From contig DAHWUP010000005.1 in NCBI GenBank assembly GCA_027334565.1, forward strand, positions 1-48,865: a stretch of 48,865 nt of DNA, written 5' to 3'. The DNA is from Candidatus Levyibacteriota bacterium. GTDB taxonomy: Bacteria > Patescibacteriota > Microgenomatia > Levybacterales > UBA12049. The notes under the pieces were generated by a model that was given only the letters and a program-made list of their open reading frames with translations, was not told the DNA's origin and made no database searches. The position numbers and the translations under genes were made by a program. Each line of letters begins with the position of its first letter. The stretch's first letter is position 1. Below are positions 44,626-48,865 of this stretch, one piece after another.

Positions 44626-45714
44626 ATGAAAATCTTAATCACAGGAGGCCATCTGACGCCGGCCTTGGCAGTTATCGAACAGCTCGGCAAAAATAGGGTG
44701 TATTACGCCGGAAGAAAGTATTCCTTCGAAGGGGAGGAGGCCCTATCGTTTGAATATCGGGAAATTGAAAGGCTTAAGATCCCTTTTCTTGAGCTTAAAA
44801 CAGGCAGGTTGCAGAGAAAATTTACCAGATTCACTCTGGTTTCGCTTCTTAAACTCCCGCCGGGATTTTTGCGCGCTTATCGGATTTTAAAAAAGGTCAA
44901 ACCCGACGTGGTCCTTTGTTTTGGCAGTTACGTGTCGGTTCCGGTTGGAATCGTTGCCAAGCTTATGAACATACCCTTGGTCATACACGAACAAACCCTG
45001 GAAGTCGGTTTCGCCAACAGGATATTGTCCAATTTTGCCGACAAGGTGTGCATTTCGTTCGAATCGTCCCGGAAATATTTTCCGAAAGAAAAATGCGTTT
45101 TGACCGGTAATCCCCTGCGTAAGACAATTAAGGACAAAACAAATCTCGTAGCGCAAAACAACCGTATCTATGTTAGCGGCGGTAGTACCGGTTCGCACGT
45201 GATCAATAAGCTGGTCGAGCAAACTTTGACAAGACTTTTATCAAAGTTTACTATCGTCCACCAAACCGGTGATTCCCGAAAATTCCGGGATTTTGACAGA
45301 CTTTTAAAAATCAAAAACGGCTTGGATAAAAAACTGGCCGAAAGGTATCAACCGGTTAAATTTTTATCACCCGACGAATCCAGTTCGGAAATGGCAAAGG
45401 CCTCTTTTTTTGTCGGACGTTCGGGCATCAACACGGTCTGCGAACTTATTTATTTAAATAAGCCGGCACTACTTGTTCCGCTTGCCGTTTCGCAACGGAA
45501 CGAACAATTAAAAAACGCGGAATATCTTAAAAACTTAGGCCTTTCCGAGGTATGCCGGGAAGAAGGATTAACCGCCCAAAAGTTTGCGGAAAGTATAATT
45601 TTGCTAAGCGAAAATTTGACAAAATACAAATTGAACAAAAACGTTTTAATAAACGACGCGGCTTTAAATGTAATAAAAGTTTTAAACGATGTTCACGCGC
45701 AAAAGAATCCCTAA
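44626..45714 (+). CDS. murG: undecaprenyldiphospho-MurNAc-pentapeptide beta-N-acetylglucosaminyltransferase MurG
   Basis: 362 aa. Contains ILITGGHLTPALAV at the N-terminus and VGRSGINTVCELIYLNKPALLVPL. The position is conserved. Confidence 0.9.
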   Translation: MKILITGGHLTPALAVIEQLGKNRVYYAGRKYSFEGEEALSFEYREIERLKIPFLELKTGRLQRKFTRFTLVSLLKLPPGFLRAYRILKKVKPDVVLCFGSYVSVPVGIVAKLMNIPLVIHEQTLEVGFANRILSNFADKVCISFESSRKYFPKEKCVLTGNPLRKTIKDKTNLVAQNNRIYVSGGSTGSHVINKLVEQTLTRLLSKFTIVHQTGDSRKFRDFDRLLKIKNGLDKKLAERYQPVKFLSPDESSSEMAKASFFVGRSGINTVCELIYLNKPALLVPLAVSQRNEQLKNAEYLKNLGLSEVCREEGLTAQKFAESIILLSENLTKYKLNKNVLINDAALNVIKVLNDVHAQKNP

Positions 45715-46102
45715 AAGCGAAAGACGACGCTTAAGATTGAAAAGATTGGTTTTGGGTATTTTAGTCATACTTCTGGTTTTGTTATCGGTTTTGGTTTTAG
45801 AGCATTTGACATTGCAAAAACCGGTCCTTGTCAACCCCGTTGTTAAAAGTGTCCTGACTCCGGTCGATGTTCTAAGTAAAGCGTTATCGGCTGAGAACAT
45901 CGGTTTTACCAACATCGTCGCTTCGCCGGACGGCACCCTGACCGTTTTTTTGACCGACAACGGTGAAGTAATTTTGTCTTCAAAACAAGACATTCGTCAA
46001 CAAGTAGCCTCTTTACAATTAATACTTTCTAGTCTTACAATAGAAGGGAAGAAACTCAAAAGTTTAGATTTAAGATTTGATAGGCCCGTAATTTCGTTTT
46101 AA
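45689..46102 (+). CDS. ftsQ: minimal FtsQ/DivIB-like division protein
   Basis: 137 aa. It has a basic N-terminus, one TM helix and a roughly 90-aa extracytoplasmic domain ending LDLRFDRPVISF. It sits in the conserved slot just upstream of ftsA. Assignment is mainly positional. Confidence 0.5.
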   Translation: MFTRKRIPKSERRRLRLKRLVLGILVILLVLLSVLVLEHLTLQKPVLVNPVVKSVLTPVDVLSKALSAENIGFTNIVASPDGTLTVFLTDNGEVILSSKQDIRQQVASLQLILSSLTIEGKKLKSLDLRFDRPVISF

Positions 46103-46107
46103 TATTT

Positions 46108-47400
46108 ATGAGTGAAGGAAAAATAGTCGTTTGTATCGATATCGGTACCTCTAAAATCGTGACCCTGATTGCCAAAGTTGACGAACAAGTGAACGTGTTG
46201 GGGGTTTCGGAAACCTTGGCCAACGGCATCAAAAAAGGTCAGATCGTTGACATCGACGAAGCGGTGGTTTCGATAAACAATTCGCTCGAGGCGGCCGAAA
46301 GGATGGCCGGTTATTCCGCATCGCACGTGGTCGCTTCGATAGGCGGCAGCCATATCGAATCGCAGAATTCAAGAGGTGTGGTGGCGGTGGCAAGGCCTGA
46401 AGGCGAGATCACCGAAAGCGATCTTACCAGGGTGTTCGATGCAGCCAAGGCGGTAAGTCTTCCTTCAAGCAGGGAAATCATTCACGTTCTGCCGCGAAGC
46501 TATATCGTCGACGGACAGGAAGGTATAAAAGACCCTATAGGTATGACCGGAGTGAGGCTTGAGGTCGATACGCATATCATCACCGCCAACGCCGTTTCCA
46601 TTAAAAACATGGGAAAAGCTTTTTCCGATGTCGGCGTAGACCTTGACGCGGTGGTGTTTTCAGGTTACGCCAGTTCTCTGGCGACACTGTCGGAGACCGA
46701 AAAAGAGTTGGGAGTGGTACTGGTCGACATCGGGGCAGGCACGACCGATATCTCGATTTATGTGGACGGTTCGGTCGCATATTCTTCGGTACTTCCTATC
46801 GGTGCAAGGCATATCACCAACGACCTTGCCATAGGACTTCGTATTTCTTTGGAGTCGGCGGAAAAGATAAAGTTGTTTCTCTCCAATCCGGTCAAAAAAC
46901 CGGTTCGCATCGGTGAAACAGGCGAAGAAAAGTTAGAGGAGCATACCGGGGATGAGATCGACCTTACCGATTTGAATTTGACCGAGGAGCTTAAGAAAGT
47001 TTCCAAAAAAACTCTTGTGGACGGGATCATCAGACCAAGGCTTAACGAAATCTTCACGATGGTCGGTATCGAGATCAAAAAAAGCGGATTCGTCGGACAG
47101 ACTCCGTCCGGAATCGTAATCACCGGCGGCGGAGCCAGAACGGTCGGGGTGACCGAAGCCGCCAAACGAATGTTGACCATGCCGGTCCGGGTTGCCATCC
47201 CTGCCAATATCAAAGGTATCATCGACGAGATCCAGGAACCGTCGTTTTCTACCGTTATCGGTTTGGCGGTTTACGCCGGCACGCTGGATGTTCAAGCGTC
47301 CCTTCCGTTCGGATTTTCCCTTCCGCATCTTCCCGGAATATCCCTTAATAATAAGATGCTCTCAAAAGTGATCGGGTTCATAAAATCATTCTTGCCTTAA
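46108..47400 (+). CDS. ftsA: cell division protein FtsA
   Basis: 430 aa. Contains the actin-fold motifs VCIDIGTSKIV and VDIGAGTTDISIY and a C-terminal amphipathic helix MLSKVIGFIKSFL. Confidence 0.95.
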   Translation: MSEGKIVVCIDIGTSKIVTLIAKVDEQVNVLGVSETLANGIKKGQIVDIDEAVVSINNSLEAAERMAGYSASHVVASIGGSHIESQNSRGVVAVARPEGEITESDLTRVFDAAKAVSLPSSREIIHVLPRSYIVDGQEGIKDPIGMTGVRLEVDTHIITANAVSIKNMGKAFSDVGVDLDAVVFSGYASSLATLSETEKELGVVLVDIGAGTTDISIYVDGSVAYSSVLPIGARHITNDLAIGLRISLESAEKIKLFLSNPVKKPVRIGETGEEKLEEHTGDEIDLTDLNLTEELKKVSKKTLVDGIIRPRLNEIFTMVGIEIKKSGFVGQTPSGIVITGGGARTVGVTEAAKRMLTMPVRVAIPANIKGIIDEIQEPSFSTVIGLAVYAGTLDVQASLPFGFSLPHLPGISLNNKMLSKVIGFIKSFLP

Positions 47401-47448
47401 GCCACAATTTAAGGACCTGCCCAAGATCTTGCCCGGGGCTTATAAAAG

Positions 47449-47477
47449 TTGCAAATTCGGTTTCAATTTGCTAGTAT
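47449..47477 (+). promoter_or_regulatory. candidate ftsZ-proximal promoter TTGCAA-17-(TGc)TAGTAT
   Basis: TTGCAA is at 47449-47454, TG at 47469-47470 and TAGTAT at 47472-47477. It lies 15 nt upstream of ATG 47493, in the 92-bp ftsA-ftsZ gap. Confidence 0.5.
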
Positions 47478-47492
47478 GCCGGTTATAAGAAT

Positions 47493-48623
47493 ATGTTGAT
47501 CAAACCGCAGACCACAAACTTCGCAAAAATCCGTGTGATGGGTATCGGCGGCGGCGGCGGGAATGCTTTAAATTCGATGATCTCCCAAAGTACCATTCAG
47601 GGAGTTGACTTTATTGCTATAAACACCGACGCACAGGCTTTGCTTTTAAACCAGTCCGCCACCAAAATGCAGATCGGCGAAAACCTGACCAAGGGTTTGG
47701 GTTCGGGCGGGAATCCCGATATCGGCAAGGAAGCGGCCGAAGAATCGTATGAAAAACTCAAGGAACTTATCGACGGAACCGACATGGTTTTTCTGGCAGC
47801 CGGGATGGGCGGCGGAACGGGAACCGGCTCCACTCCGGTCATCGCCAGGGCGGCCAAAGAAGTTGGAGCATTGACGGTGGCAGTGGTCACCAAGCCTTTC
47901 GCTTTTGAAGGCACCAGGAGAATGGTGGCAGCAGAGGACGGAATCGAAGATTTAAGGGATAAGGTCGATACGCTTATTGTGATACCCAACCAGAGGATTT
48001 TGGATGTGGTCGATAAAAAATTGTCGCTTCTTGAGGCATTCAAGGTTGCGGATTCAGTTTTAACGCAGGGTGTTCAGGGCATTTCCGATCTGATCACTTT
48101 GCCGGGGTTAATCAATGTGGATTTTGCGGATGTTCGGACCATCATGTCCAACGCCGGTTCGGCTTTGATGGGAATCGGAACCGGAGTCGGTGAAAACAGG
48201 GCGCAGGCGGCAGCCCGCGCGGCGGTTGCATCACCTTTACTGGAAATCAGTATGGACGGAGCAAGGGGAGTGTTATTCAATATCATCGGCGGACCGGACC
48301 TTACTATGAACGAGGTTGACGAAGCGGCCAAAATAGTCGCATCGGCGGCCGATCCGGATGCAAACATCATTTTCGGAGCAACCATCGACGAGAGCATGCA
48401 CGACCAGTTAAAGATAACGGTTATTGCTACAGGCTTTGATTCCACAAGACAAACGCTTAAAGAATTTATGACCCCGACTATCAACAGGGTGATGGAGCAG
48501 AATGAACCGACGCCCGCTCAAACCAACAGCATTCAGGAGCCGCCTATTCCGACGGAGGAGCCACCGTTGGAAGACGAGGACGACGCCTGGGACATTCCCG
48601 CTTTTTTAAGACAGAAGAACTAA
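47493..48623 (+). CDS. ftsZ: cell division GTPase FtsZ
   Basis: 376 aa. Contains [13 protein letters not shown], the tubulin signature [12 protein letters not shown] and the C-terminal peptide DIPAFLRQ. Confidence 0.97.
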   Translation: MLIKPQTTNFAKIRVMGIGGGGGNALNSMISQSTIQGVDFIAINTDAQALLLNQSATKMQIGENLTKGLGSGGNPDIGKEAAEESYEKLKELIDGTDMVFLAAGMGGGTGTGSTPVIARAAKEVGALTVAVVTKPFAFEGTRRMVAAEDGIEDLRDKVDTLIVIPNQRILDVVDKKLSLLEAFKVADSVLTQGVQGISDLITLPGLINVDFADVRTIMSNAGSALMGIGTGVGENRAQAAARAAVASPLLEISMDGARGVLFNIIGGPDLTMNEVDEAAKIVASAADPDANIIFGATIDESMHDQLKITVIATGFDSTRQTLKEFMTPTINRVMEQNEPTPAQTNSIQEPPIPTEEPPLEDEDDAWDIPAFLRQKN

Positions 48624-48651
48624 AGTAATTAGCTTCAAATAGCTACTAATG

Positions 48652-48673
48652 GCACCAGAAATGGTGCTTTTTT
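48652..48673 (+). terminator. rho-independent terminator after ftsZ
   Basis: GCACCA-GAAA-TGGTGC followed by TTTTTT (48668-48673), 29 nt after the ftsZ stop. Confidence 0.75.
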
Positions 48674-48734
48674 AATGCGTTGTGAGAAGCCAATAGAGGA
48701 GTACCTGGAGTAGTTTGCTGAGGCTTAGAGAAAT

Positions 48735-48863
48735 CTAGGCCTCATTCGTTTTAATGATTATCTTTAATTCATTATCTTTAAAAGTAACCAAATATTGGAA
48801 GCGTTTATCATTAGCAATTCTTAAATTATCTATCGCGTTTTTTATATTTTGAAGTGCTTCTTT
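48735..48863 (-). CDS. partial CDS, C-terminal 42 codons of a convergent gene, function unknown
   Basis: The reverse frame is open from the window edge to TAG (complement of 48735-48737). The translation is KEALQNIKNAIDNLRIANDKRFQYLVTFKDNELKIIIKTNEA*. The DNA is AT-rich. No family is recognised. Confidence 0.35.
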   Translation of the reverse strand, partial: KEALQNIKNAIDNLRIANDKRFQYLVTFKDNELKIIIKTNEA

Positions 48864-48865
48864 AG

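Noticed and set aside
47597-48484. 148-aa and 136-aa ORFs antisense to ftsZ
   Set aside because: These are shadow frames of ftsZ. The Ala/Ser/Pro-rich translations mirror the Gly/Ala-rich codons of FtsZ.
48720-48743. Hairpin GAGGCTTAG-agaaat-CTAGGCCTC as a terminator for the convergent partial gene
   Set aside because: It has one mismatch and no clear U-tract on either strand, and it overlaps the stop codon. It is too weak to call.
1-48865. CRISPR arrays, tRNA or rRNA genes, transposases, integrases, prophage genes or known defence-system genes
   Set aside because: No regularly spaced direct repeats were seen. No intergenic segment is long enough or shows tRNA T-loop-like features. No ORF shows recombinase, transposase, nuclease-helicase or phage structural motifs.
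1-48865. Alternative genetic code (UGA recoding, as in some small-genome lineages)
   Set aside because: All conserved genes are full length under the standard code. TGA is used as a genuine stop, including in the ATGA overlaps.

Overview
The window is a compact, almost entirely coding bacterial region in three blocks. Block 1 (173-27033, all + strand) is a roughly 25-kb surface-glycan or extracytoplasmic glycosylation locus. It holds one initiating phosphoglycosyltransferase, four GT2, four full GT4 plus one truncated GT4, two methyltransferases, one hexapeptide acetyltransferase, ManC, a DUF4012 protein and five large polytopic membrane proteins. Several of these membrane proteins carry GT-C-like first-loop acidic motifs. 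recO and glyQS follow. Block 2 (27034-28774) is a short divergent or minus-strand island. It holds a Crp/Fnr regulator, a dCMP deaminase and a 380-bp palindrome-rich spacer containing an untracked 29-codon ORF with a strong Shine-Dalgarno sequence. Block 3 (28775-48623, + strand) is a rearranged division and cell-wall (dcw) cluster in the order mraZ-rsmH-ftsL-ftsI-murF-(antisense DUF192)-murE-murC-murA-GlmU-like-glmS-yvcK-mraY-ftsW-murG-short ftsQ-ftsA-ftsZ. No murD, murB or ddl is seen in the window. I found no rRNA, tRNA, CRISPR array, transposase, integrase or phage genes. The standard genetic code fits all conserved genes. The points most worth a second look are listed here.
- A Wzy/O-antigen-ligase-like domain is fused to a GT-C-like module in one 1053-aa protein.
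- Two YfhO-like paralogs of very different GC content sit next to a GtrB/CsbB-like GT2.
- The left approximately 5-6 kb forms a low-GC island.
- Eight genes show a -10 hexamer 6-8 nt upstream of the ATG, which is the signature of leaderless mRNAs.
- Three TGGGA direct repeats at 10-bp spacing lie upstream of mraZ.
- A UDP-GlcNAc supply module is embedded in the dcw cluster.
The gene content and streamlining (short FtsQ, trimmed Mur ligases, DUF4012) suggest a small-genome lineage such as Patescibacteria/CPR. That is inference only. All family calls rest on motif recognition by eye, and no database search was run.
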